The notes beneath the pieces were generated by a model, which was not told where the DNA came from, did not search any database, and saw only the letters and a program-made list of their open reading frames with translations. Both the position numbers and the translations under genes were made by a program. From assembly GCA_902532475.1 (NCBI GenBank), contig CACAIE010000003.1, positions 11,886-75,885 of the forward strand: 64,000 nt of DNA. Direction: 5' to 3'. This document shows positions 39,797 to 48,212 of the stretch, piece after piece; position 1 is the stretch's first letter; every line of letters begins with the position of its first letter. This stretch comes from an uncultured SAR116 cluster alpha proteobacterium. GTDB taxonomy: Bacteria; Pseudomonadota; Alphaproteobacteria; Puniceispirillales; GCA-002684695.

Positions 39797-40135
39797 TTAT
39801 ATTTTTGATTTTAAGTTTTTAATTGCCCAGATTAAATCATTCTTTAAATTTTGATACTTCTTATGAACTGTTTCTTTTCTAGCAATAAGAACATAATCCC
39901 ACCCTTTTTTTTCAAATTTGTTAATTACATCAAAAACCAAAGAACGCATTCTTCTTTTAGCTTTATTTCTCTGAACAGCTCCGCCAACTTTTTTACTAGC
40001 AGTAAATCCAAACCTCGAAGGATTTTCTTGATTTATATTATTTAAGTACTGAAGAACTAGCCCTGCTGAAATTACTTTGGAGCCATTTTTTTGTATTTTT
40101 ATAAAATCTTTTCTAGATTTAATCTTGTTGATCAT
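39797..40135 (-). CDS. rnpA: Ribonuclease P protein component
   Basis: 112 aa. FGFTASKKVGGAVQRNKAKRRMR (the RNR motif). Lies downstream of rpmH. Confidence 0.85.
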   Translation of the reverse strand: MINKIKSRKDFIKIQKNGSKVISAGLVLQYLNNINQENPSRFGFTASKKVGGAVQRNKAKRRMRSLVFDVINKFEKKGWDYVLIARKETVHKKYQNLKNDLIWAIKNLKSKI

Positions 40136-40180
40136 TTGTTTAATGTTCCTTTAACTAGAACATTATATATACCTAATTTT

Positions 40181-40315
40181 TTAAGCAGATAGTTTTTTAC
40201 GCCCTTTAGATCTTCTTGAAGCGATTACATTTCGGCCACCAACTGTTGACATGCGTGAACGAAAGCCATGGCGACGTTTTCTAACAATGTTACTAGGTTG
40301 AAATGTACGTTTCAT
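40181..40315 (-). CDS. rpmH: 50S ribosomal protein L34
   Basis: Too short for the ORF track. My translation gives [44 protein letters not shown] (44 aa), a canonical L34 sequence. Confidence 0.9.
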   Translation of the reverse strand: MKRTFQPSNIVRKRRHGFRSRMSTVGGRNVIASRRSKGRKKLSA

Positions 40316-40407
40316 TTACTTTAATCTTTCAGAATTTATTGATATATAATATCTGTAAAATAAAATGAGTTGATACGCTGAAGTTCAAAAGAAGTCAAGC
40401 TAACACT

Positions 40408-41133
40408 GTGATTAATAATTATTTCACAATTTATTTTAAAAGGGATCCTAATATTAAAAATATCATTCCAATAATTTTAATTATAATTATAATTATATGG
40501 CTTATATTGGCTCAATTGAATTTTAATAATTCAACTTTTATTTCAAATAGTTATGCCTTTATAGTTTATAAAGCTAATGAAAACTTGCTTAAAGCCATTT
40601 TTATTTATGCTTTGATCTATATTTTTTGTGTTGCTTTTTCTATTCCAATAGCAAGTTACCTAACATTAATCGGAGGGGCCGTTTTTAACTGGTTGGCAAT
40701 GCCGTTAGTTATTATATGCGCTACTATAGGTGCAACGATAATTTTCCTCTTGTCCAAAGGAATTCTATCTGATTTTTTTTCAAGAAGAATAATTGGTAAA
40801 TTTGAAAGTTTAAAAATAGGCTTTAATAAAAATGCTTTTTATTATCTGTTGTTTTTGAGACTAGTTCCTTTTGCACCCTTTTTTATTATAAATATTTTAT
40901 CCGGCATTATGAAAATGCGAACTGTGCCATATATTCTTGCTACAATTATAGGCATTTCACCTGGAACAATTATTTATGTATGGACAGGAATTACATTTGG
41001 AAAATTGTTTTTATTATCGGAAACACCAAATTTAAGCATTATCCTAAACCAATATTTTCTACCTCTAATACTTTTAGCAATTCTTAGCTTAAGTCCTATT
41101 ATTATAAAAAAACTTTATAAAATTTATTTTTAA
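40408..41133 (+). CDS. TVP38/TMEM64 (DedA-related, SNARE-associated) family membrane protein
   Basis: 241 aa, 5-6 TM helices. LRLVPFAPFFIINILSG and the GISPGT block are typical of the family. GTG start. Confidence 0.7.
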   Translation: MINNYFTIYFKRDPNIKNIIPIILIIIIIIWLILAQLNFNNSTFISNSYAFIVYKANENLLKAIFIYALIYIFCVAFSIPIASYLTLIGGAVFNWLAMPLVIICATIGATIIFLLSKGILSDFFSRRIIGKFESLKIGFNKNAFYYLLFLRLVPFAPFFIINILSGIMKMRTVPYILATIIGISPGTIIYVWTGITFGKLFLLSETPNLSIILNQYFLPLILLAILSLSPIIIKKLYKIYF

Positions 41134-41621
41134 TTCGTTGCGATTGGTTTTATAGGTTGTGGCTCCATATCCCAAGGAAATAAAATCCAAGTATCTTGAC
41201 TGACTTCAGTGATATAAGTATCTACCATTGGCCTCCCAGCAGGTTTAGCATAAACAGTGGCAAAATGGGCATTTGGAAGCATTTTCCTGACGGCACGTGC
41301 TGTATCGCCTGTATCAACTAAATCATCAATAATTAGCCACCCCTCCCCTTTGTTATCAAGGTTGACTTCTTTCATTATATTAAGTTTCTCTTGCTTGTCT
41401 CCTTTCTCTTGCTTGTCTGCTTGGTAAGAGGCAATACATATAGTATCAATTATTCTTATTTCCAACTCTCTTGCTACAACTGCTGCTGGAACCATTCCTC
41501 CTCTAGTAATTGCAATAACTCCTTTAAAGGGGCCGTGTGAATTTAATCTCCAAGCAAGAGCTTTTGCATTCCTATGGAGTTCTTCCCAAGTAACTGGAAA
41601 GTTTTTTTCATAAGTGCTCAT
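41130..41621 (-). CDS. gpt: Xanthine-guanine phosphoribosyltransferase
   Basis: [20 protein letters not shown]-terminus (compare E. coli Gpt) and the PRPP loop [13 protein letters not shown]. Confidence 0.85.
   Translation of the reverse strand: [163 protein letters not shown]
41385..41420. repeat. 18-bp in-frame tandem duplication (17/18 identical) inside gpt
   Basis: tttctcttgcttgtctcc (41385-41402) and tttctcttgcttgtctgc (41403-41420). Encodes [12 protein letters not shown] on the minus strand. Confidence 0.9.
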
Positions 41622-41752
41622 TTCATTTCTCCAAACTTTATTAGATGAAATACCTAATCAAAGTTATTTTGTGAAGCAAAATATTTCTTTGTGCTTAATT
41701 ATTTTATTCACATTGCAAGTATTTTTAAATAGAGTTAAGTAATAAAATCAAA

Positions 41753-41829
41753 GCGCCCGTAGCTCAGCTGGATAGAGCACTAGACTACGAATCTAGGGGT
41801 CAGGAGTTCGAATCTTCTCGGGCGCGCCA
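41753..41829 (+). tRNA. tRNA-Arg (anticodon ACG), CCA encoded
   Basis: Folded by hand as a cloverleaf. Acceptor GCGCCCG/CGGGCGC, D-arm AGCTCAGCTGGATAGAGC, anticodon stem CTAGA/TCTAG with loop CTACGAA, T-arm AGGAG-TTCGAAT-CTTCT, discriminator G, then CCA. Confidence 0.9.
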
Positions 41830-41856
41830 CTACTTTACTATTTGGAGGAAGATAGA

Positions 41857-42657
41857 ATGTTTGTGGATTTATCTGGTAAAGTCGCCATTGTAACTGGTTC
41901 TGGGCAAGGTATCGGTGAAGGTATCGCTAAAGTTTTTTCTAAGAATGGCGCTCTAGTTGTTATAGCAACAAGGAGTGAAGAAAATGGTGAGGCAACTGTA
42001 AGAGACATAAAGGAACAAGGTGGTGAGGCTACATTTCTTCAATGCGATGTTGGAATAGAAAAATATGTAAAAAGCATGGTACATAAAACTAATGAAATTT
42101 ATGGGCGTATAGATATAGGCATTCATAACGCTGCTGTTTTCGGTCAGAAGAATATTGATGAGCTTTCTGATGAAATTTTAGACCGGACACTTTCTGTCAA
42201 CATGAAGGCTGGTGTTTGGTTGACAAAATTTTGCATCCCTTATTTTCGTACCCAAGGTATGGGAAGAATACTTTTTACATCATCGGTTACAGGGCCAAAG
42301 GTAGCTATGCCAGGCACTTCTCATTATGCTATGTCAAAAGGTGGGATGAATGCATTTATTCGAACAGCTGCTTTGGAATATGCTCGAGAAAATATTACTG
42401 TAAATGGTGTAGAGCCTGGTTATATTTTGACATCTGCAATGTCTGAATTAGCCAACCAAAAAGAACTGCAAGAAATGGCTGAATGCATTCCAAAAGGGAA
42501 ATTTGGTATTCCTGATGACATCGCATATCCAATGCTCTTTTTAGCTTCCAATGAAGCTTCATACATAACTGGACAAACTATCGTTGTTGATGGAGGTTCT
42601 ACTTTACCTGAAAGCCAAGTTGTTATGAATCAATTTTATGAAAAAACTACCAAATAA
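41857..42657 (+). CDS. Short-chain dehydrogenase/reductase (FabG-like)
   Basis: TGSGQGIGEGIA (TGxxxGIG), NAA, catalytic YAMSKGG (YxxxK) and PG..T. ATG 41857 is preceded by GGAGGA at 41844-41849. Confidence 0.85.
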   Translation: MFVDLSGKVAIVTGSGQGIGEGIAKVFSKNGALVVIATRSEENGEATVRDIKEQGGEATFLQCDVGIEKYVKSMVHKTNEIYGRIDIGIHNAAVFGQKNIDELSDEILDRTLSVNMKAGVWLTKFCIPYFRTQGMGRILFTSSVTGPKVAMPGTSHYAMSKGGMNAFIRTAALEYARENITVNGVEPGYILTSAMSELANQKELQEMAECIPKGKFGIPDDIAYPMLFLASNEASYITGQTIVVDGGSTLPESQVVMNQFYEKTTK

Positions 42658-42933
42658 TTTATTAATAGATAACTCTTAATCTATAGCTTAAAAATCTTTA
42701 ACTTTAAGGTTTTAATTACCAAAAGATACTCTATTAAAAATTTTAAAGGACAGCTAATTAAGCATTAAGAATTTTAAAATGCCACTTTCTTTAGAGCGTT
42801 CGATTTCTCATTTTATATCTTTAACCATGTCTAACTTTTCATCTCTCTAAATTTCAAGTTTTAATTTGATATCATCTCTCGAAATGCTAAAATATTTACA
42901 TGGTTATATAAATAACATTAAAAGGATGAACCA

Positions 42934-43305
42934 ATGAAAAAGTTATATGCTAAAAATTTTGCTGATGCTGATGAAGTAAAAACACCTCCAAAAGCAAAAG
43001 TTGAAGTTGTTAAATTAGGTAATATAAATGCGTCAAAACTTATTCTTGAACCTGGATGGAAATGGTCAGAATGTATTAAACCAACTGTAGGTGGAGATAG
43101 CTGTCAGGCTGGGCATGTTGGAGTTGTGATTTCAGGAAAATTAATGTGCGTACATGACGATGGTACAGAACTACAGGTTGAACCTGGTGATGCTTATTAT
43201 TTTGCTCCAGGGCATGACGGTTGGGTCGTTGGCAATGAACCGTGTGTATTGTACGAAATTATTGAGTCAGGGAAGGACTTTGGTCCTTGGAAGCATGCTG
43301 GCTAG
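42934..43305 (+). CDS. Small cupin-fold protein, function unknown (paralogue of 56217..56564)
   Basis: 123 aa. EPGWKWSECIKPTVGGDSCQAGHVGVVISGKL.CVHDDGTE....PGDAYYFAPGHDGWVVGNEP. This is a beta-barrel cupin-motif-2-like G-x6-PGH...N, but it lacks the classical HxH...E motif 1. Confidence 0.6.
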   Translation: MKKLYAKNFADADEVKTPPKAKVEVVKLGNINASKLILEPGWKWSECIKPTVGGDSCQAGHVGVVISGKLMCVHDDGTELQVEPGDAYYFAPGHDGWVVGNEPCVLYEIIESGKDFGPWKHAG

Positions 43306-43385
43306 ATGCCTATTTATTAAAAACATATTTAACTCTAAATATTCATTTTTTTTTAAATAAGGGTAAATGATTTTTATTATTATTT

Positions 43386-44222
43386 ATGATAAATTGCACC
43401 ATTACAAATGAAGATATTAAATCTTTTAATAAAAATGGATTTCTAATAAAAGAAAGATTTTTACAAGAAAAGTATATATCTTTATTTCTTTCAAAATTTG
43501 ATCCTTTATTTAGAGGTGAGTTTCCAAATGGCATAGCTCCAGATGAGCAGAATTGGTTATATGGAAAAGATAACAAGTATTTAACTAGACAAATTTGTAA
43601 CGCATGGAAAAGTGATGATTTAATTCGTGATTTAGTATGCCATGAATTAATTGGACGAATTTTAGCAAATTTGATGGGATGGCCTGGCAGCAGAATTTTA
43701 CAAGATAATATTTTATGGAAGCCACCAGGAGCAAAAACATTAGGGTATCATCAGGATGCAGCATATGATGATTGGATTGTGCCCCAAACAATGGCAACTT
43801 GCTGGATTGCATTGGATAATACATCCAAGAATAATGGTACCTTAGAATATGTAGTTAATTCACATAAATGGGGGTTAGTCCCTCCAAATGGTGATTTTCA
43901 CTCACCAAAAGATTACAAAAAAACATTAAATGAATTTTCAATGCATTATAATAAAGAAGTTACTATAAAGCATGTTGAGGTGCCGTCAGGTGGAGTGGCT
44001 TTTCATCATGGTCTAACATGGCACGGATCAGGATATAATAAAACAAAGCGCCATAGAAGAGCTATTGTATCTCATTGTATACCTTCAAATGCCAAATTTC
44101 ATCCAACGAATACTGGGGGAACAGGAAAAATATATAAAAAATACAAAAAAATTAATTCTTTAAAATTAGATGAATCTTTTTTTCCAATTCTTTGGACTAA
44201 AAAAGGAAAAAAAACTTTTTGA
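43386..44222 (+). CDS. Phytanoyl-CoA dioxygenase (PhyH)-family Fe(II)/2-oxoglutarate oxygenase
   Basis: 278 aa. LGYHQDAAY (H-x-D facial triad), distal His in FHHGLTWHGSGYN, and Arg in RRAIVSH. Confidence 0.75.
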   Translation: MINCTITNEDIKSFNKNGFLIKERFLQEKYISLFLSKFDPLFRGEFPNGIAPDEQNWLYGKDNKYLTRQICNAWKSDDLIRDLVCHELIGRILANLMGWPGSRILQDNILWKPPGAKTLGYHQDAAYDDWIVPQTMATCWIALDNTSKNNGTLEYVVNSHKWGLVPPNGDFHSPKDYKKTLNEFSMHYNKEVTIKHVEVPSGGVAFHHGLTWHGSGYNKTKRHRRAIVSHCIPSNAKFHPTNTGGTGKIYKKYKKINSLKLDESFFPILWTKKGKKTF

Positions 44223-44263
44223 TAAATAATTCAATTCTATAATTTGGAGTGATATAATTAAAA

Positions 44264-44641
44264 ATGAAGCTGAATAATGTGGTCGCAGCTATAATTAAAA
44301 AAGAAGATTATTACTTTATAGCCCAAAGAAATAAAAACAAATACATGGGATTAAAATGGGAGTTTCCTGGAGGCAAGGTTGAGACAGGAGAGTCTTTTGA
44401 AGAAGCTTTAGGGCGTGAAATAAAAGAAGAGTTAAATATTAAAATTAATATTTTGAACAAATTCGCCGAGGAGAAATTCAATGACCATAGCATTAATGTC
44501 ATAATACATTATTACCTTTGTTCTATGGGAAATGACATGATTGAACTTTTGGAGCACAATCAATCCGCTTGGGTTAAAAAAAATGAATTTTATAAATACA
44601 AATTTGCGCCTGGAGATGATAAAATTTTATCACTGCTTTAA
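44264..44641 (+). CDS. mutT: NUDIX hydrolase (MutT-like 8-oxo-dGTP diphosphatase)
   Basis: 125 aa. WEFPGGKVETGESFEEALGREIKEELNI is a complete Nudix box (GX5EX7REUXEEXGU). Confidence 0.8.
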   Translation: MKLNNVVAAIIKKEDYYFIAQRNKNKYMGLKWEFPGGKVETGESFEEALGREIKEELNIKINILNKFAEEKFNDHSINVIIHYYLCSMGNDMIELLEHNQSAWVKKNEFYKYKFAPGDDKILSLL

Positions 44642-44783
44642 ATTAATTCAAAAAAATTACCTTTTAAACAAATATCAGCTTGTTATACATTATTCCTTTT
44701 TCTCGAAACTATTTAAAGAATAACTCTATATGATCCTCAAACATAACTTTACCTTACAAATAATTTTTGTTTAAACTGAAAGA

Positions 44784-45479
44784 ATGAAAAAAATACTTCT
44801 AATTCCATTTCTTACTTTTCTTTTTATAAATGCTAGCTGTGTTAATGGTATTGGAAAACCAAATGACAAATATGCATGTAAAATTGATCCGGATGGTTTT
44901 TGTATTTTTACTGGTGAACCCCATCCGTTAACACTTAAACCTGGAACTACTAAAATATTTAACCTCAATGGTGAATTTTCCTTTAACCTTGATGAAGCAG
45001 TTGCAACGAATAAATCTGGAGAAATTCTAAAAGCTAGTGGAAAACCAGCATTCGACGGAGATACTTTAATTAAAATGTCAAAGAAAGACATGTCAAATGA
45101 TGAGCAATCTTTTCATAAAGTTATGGCAATTATGTTTCCTATTAGAAATGCCTTAATGTACGATGTCAAAAATCTATCAAAAACTAATTGGCTCCAACTA
45201 ACAGACGAACTTAGAAAGAGAAACATAAAAATGACAAGTTTTCTCGAGGGGGTAACTCCAAAAGATAATTATTATGGTATTAATAAGATTTTTGATTTAG
45301 TTAAAAACCCAAAAGGTAAAGATATCCACCATGACGTTATGAAGTTCTTAGAAGAAGCAGGGCTTTTTTTGTTGTGTCACGTAACAAGTGATAAGTTTAA
45401 TATATTTTTAAAAGACTCTCATCCTGAAGGCCATAACGCGTGTAAAGATGTTCTTGCAGAAACTAAAATCCCCTTCTGA
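44784..45479 (+). CDS. Orphan lipoprotein, function unknown
   Basis: Signal peptide with lipobox (FLFINASC) and five Cys in total. I recognise no family. Preferred over the antisense ORF 44771..45091. Confidence 0.45.
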   Translation: MKKILLIPFLTFLFINASCVNGIGKPNDKYACKIDPDGFCIFTGEPHPLTLKPGTTKIFNLNGEFSFNLDEAVATNKSGEILKASGKPAFDGDTLIKMSKKDMSNDEQSFHKVMAIMFPIRNALMYDVKNLSKTNWLQLTDELRKRNIKMTSFLEGVTPKDNYYGINKIFDLVKNPKGKDIHHDVMKFLEEAGLFLLCHVTSDKFNIFLKDSHPEGHNACKDVLAETKIPF

Positions 45480-45637
45480 AAAAAACCACCATGAACAAAG
45501 CCATATTTATATAGTTTATACATATATTAATTTTTCATTAATATTAAAATCTAGATACCATATTAAAAACATCATATTACCAAAAGATTATTGAAGTTAT
45601 ATTTATATTTCATGGATAAGATGTTAAGATAATTATT

Positions 45638-46603
45638 ATGAAAAAAGTAGTAGTTATTGGTGGAGGTTCTTGGGGGGGTGCCCTTGCTTCAGCAATAGCA
45701 AAAAAAATTGGAAAGTCATTCATTTTAACATCCAGTGCACCTAGATCAAAAGAAATAAATAGGGGAAACTCTAAAATAATTGCAAAAAATTGTTTGGGAT
45801 CCAAAATTATAGCTGGAACAGTTTCAAAAGAGATTCTTCATGACGCTTCCTTAGTAATCATTGCAACAGAAGTTAAACGAACTTTAAGTTTTTGTGATGA
45901 TATAAGTAAATATTCTCCTAACAAAACTGCAATTTTAATAGCAAGTAAAGGATTTTCAGATGATGGCCAAGTGTTGCCTGTTGCCCTCAAATCAAAACTT
46001 AGCAAAAGATCTATAGGCGTCTTAAGTGGTCCTAGTTTCGCGAGCGAAGTTATCGAAGAAAAACCAACAGCTTTAGTTGTAGCAGGTACAAAGCATTTAA
46101 TAGAACTTTCTAGAGAAATTCTTCATACAAACAAACTAAGAATTTATGGCAGTTCAGATGATATTGGCACATCAGTTTCTGGAGCAATGAAAAATGTTAT
46201 AGCAATCGCTTCTGGAATAGTATTTGGCCTTGAGTTGGGAGAAAATGCACGTGCTGCAATACTTACACGTGGTCTCGCAGAAACTTCAAGGTTAGTAGTT
46301 GGTTTAGGCGGGAAAATAGAAACAGTTTTTGGATTAGCCGGTGCAGGAGACATGGCTTTAAGTTGTTTAAGTTCGACATCAAGAAACTTTTCATGGGGTT
46401 ATTCATTGGCAAAAAATCAAAGCACTAAAGAGATATTGGTAGAGGGGATAAATGCAGCAAAAATGGCTATGTTTAACGCAAATAAATTGAAGATTGAAAT
46501 GCCAATAACAGAATTAGTTGCAAAAACAAGTCAAGGTAATTTGGATTTAACCGTTGAAGTTAAAAGGATGTTGGAAAGGCCACCTAAATTAGAGTGGAAA
46601 TAA
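45638..46603 (+). CDS. gpsA: NAD(P)H-dependent glycerol-3-phosphate dehydrogenase
   Basis: KVVVIGGGSWGGALA, SKGF, LSGPSFASEV and MKNVIAIASG. Confidence 0.85.
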   Translation: MKKVVVIGGGSWGGALASAIAKKIGKSFILTSSAPRSKEINRGNSKIIAKNCLGSKIIAGTVSKEILHDASLVIIATEVKRTLSFCDDISKYSPNKTAILIASKGFSDDGQVLPVALKSKLSKRSIGVLSGPSFASEVIEEKPTALVVAGTKHLIELSREILHTNKLRIYGSSDDIGTSVSGAMKNVIAIASGIVFGLELGENARAAILTRGLAETSRLVVGLGGKIETVFGLAGAGDMALSCLSSTSRNFSWGYSLAKNQSTKEILVEGINAAKMAMFNANKLKIEMPITELVAKTSQGNLDLTVEVKRMLERPPKLEWK

Positions 46604-46656
46604 ATGTTACAATTATTAACCTGGCTATTCTCTATTAAAGTTAATTAAAGTGCACC

Positions 46657-47253
46657 TCAGATTTTGTTAATTGATAAAAAACTTAGTATTGAAACTAGGA
46701 ATAATGATACGCCCATTACTAAATTTATTTTCCTTTGAATATAAGGATCTAGATTAATCTTTTTGATGGATGCCCCGATAAACAACCAAACTAAATGTAA
46801 CGGTATCCAGATAGCGTTCATTACAATAAACTTCCAGATGGTTTCTAGAATGATATCATTTGGATATATAACAAAACCAGAAAAAAGAATTGAATGAAAT
46901 GCATAGGCTTTTGGGTTGACCAATTGAAGAATAATCCCATCAAAGAAATTGGGTAAATTTTCTGGACGGATGAAGGCGATTTTTGAGCCTTTCATCATTA
47001 TTTTAAAGGATAAATATATTAAATATCCAGATGAAATAATTAAAAATATCGCACGCATATATGAAACTGAAAATACTAACGACGCCAAACCAGTAATAAC
47101 TAAAACCCATACTAAGAGATAGCCTATCGTTAGCCCAACTAAAAACCTTAAACCATTTTTAAATGAAAAAGCTGCACCAACTCCTGCTAAGGCTAAAACA
47201 GCAGGTCCAGGAGTAGCTATCATAAAAAAAACTGCCAAGGCAAATGCAACCAT
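46657..47253 (-). CDS. LysE/RhtB-family amino-acid exporter
   Basis: 198 aa, 5-6 TM helices, N-terminal ATPGPAVLAL motif and a mid-protein NPKAY motif. Confidence 0.75.
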   Translation of the reverse strand: MVAFALAVFFMIATPGPAVLALAGVGAAFSFKNGLRFLVGLTIGYLLVWVLVITGLASLVFSVSYMRAIFLIISSGYLIYLSFKIMMKGSKIAFIRPENLPNFFDGIILQLVNPKAYAFHSILFSGFVIYPNDIILETIWKFIVMNAIWIPLHLVWLFIGASIKKINLDPYIQRKINLVMGVSLFLVSILSFLSINKI

Positions 47254-47344
47254 TTTTAACTCAATCCTTCTTGTTTATTATTGCTTATTCAAGCCTGCCT
47301 GAAATGTTTATTTAGAATTATAGCCTAAATGAACTAGGCAATGA

Positions 47345-48004
47345 TTAACTGTTGAATTTATTAACTATTGAAAGAATTGGTGTCCAAGAAGATTTCTCTA
47401 AATGTGCATTTGCAACGTTGGAAGTCTCAATGATAAGTTTTTGTCTTTTTTGCAAATCAAATTTCTCTTCCATTGCAATTGGCTTGTTATCAACAAAGCT
47501 AGGCATAACCCAAATAGTAACATTTCTTAGGTCATTGTTTAGATTAATAATTAATTTACTTTCGGAAAGTTTTAAATCTTGAAACGTTTGATCGTAAACA
47601 TATTTTTTTAATTCATCAAAAAGATTATTATTTATGATGGCGTCAACATAAACCAATGATGAATCATCAGAAACATAGGAGCGAAACCCGATCAAATCAT
47701 TGATAACATCACTTCCGTTCGTTACAGGAACAGTAACTTTTGCTCTTGCATAACTCATAAAATCCTCAGAATTTAAATCACATCCAAGAAAATCAAAGTC
47801 AGAAAAATAAGTGGACATTATTCTTTTTTCATCACTTAAGTCTTCACAATCAGCAACTTGAAATTCAATCTCCATAGGCAAACGAATAATTTCAGGGTTT
47901 CCCGAGTTTGCTAAATCAATTAAATCTGAAGTGTATAAATCTGCTACAAAATTAATTTTGCAGGAGGTTAGTAATAAAAAAACGAAAATTAATAACTTTC
48001 TCAT
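47345..48004 (-). CDS. Orphan acidic lipoprotein, function unknown
   Basis: Lipobox FLLLTSC, Asp/Glu/Asn-rich mature part. I recognise no family. Confidence 0.45.
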   Translation of the reverse strand: MRKLLIFVFLLLTSCKINFVADLYTSDLIDLANSGNPEIIRLPMEIEFQVADCEDLSDEKRIMSTYFSDFDFLGCDLNSEDFMSYARAKVTVPVTNGSDVINDLIGFRSYVSDDSSLVYVDAIINNNLFDELKKYVYDQTFQDLKLSESKLIINLNNDLRNVTIWVMPSFVDNKPIAMEEKFDLQKRQKLIIETSNVANAHLEKSSWTPILSIVNKFNS

Positions 48005-48212
48005 ATTGCAATGGTATCATTATATAAAAATATAAAAAAGATGTTTTTAAGGTTCAATAACTATAGGTTAATAAAATGAGCTGGATTGTGGACAAGAGAT
48101 TTAAATCCATTTCATGTAAATTTAGGCTAATATAGTTTAAATCTTTTCGAGGGTTAAAAAATATATCTTTATCATTTAAGCAATAAAGAAGCACTGCTTT
48201 CCGAGTATAAAA

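Noticed and set aside
41830-42933. An integrated mobile element or genomic island inserted at tRNA-Arg.
   Set aside because: There is no integrase, excisionase, transposase or phage gene in the following 22 kb. I could find no direct repeat of the tRNA 3' end. Housekeeping genes (mutT, gpsA) are interspersed.
42934-43305. The two small cupins (42934..43305 and 56217..56564) as DddK-type DMSP lyases, since they have similar size and SAR11-like context.
   Set aside because: They lack the H-x-H-x3-E-x-Y motif and distal His arrangement of the Ddd cupins. They have only a single His in the motif-1 position plus conserved Cys residues, so this is a different cupin family.
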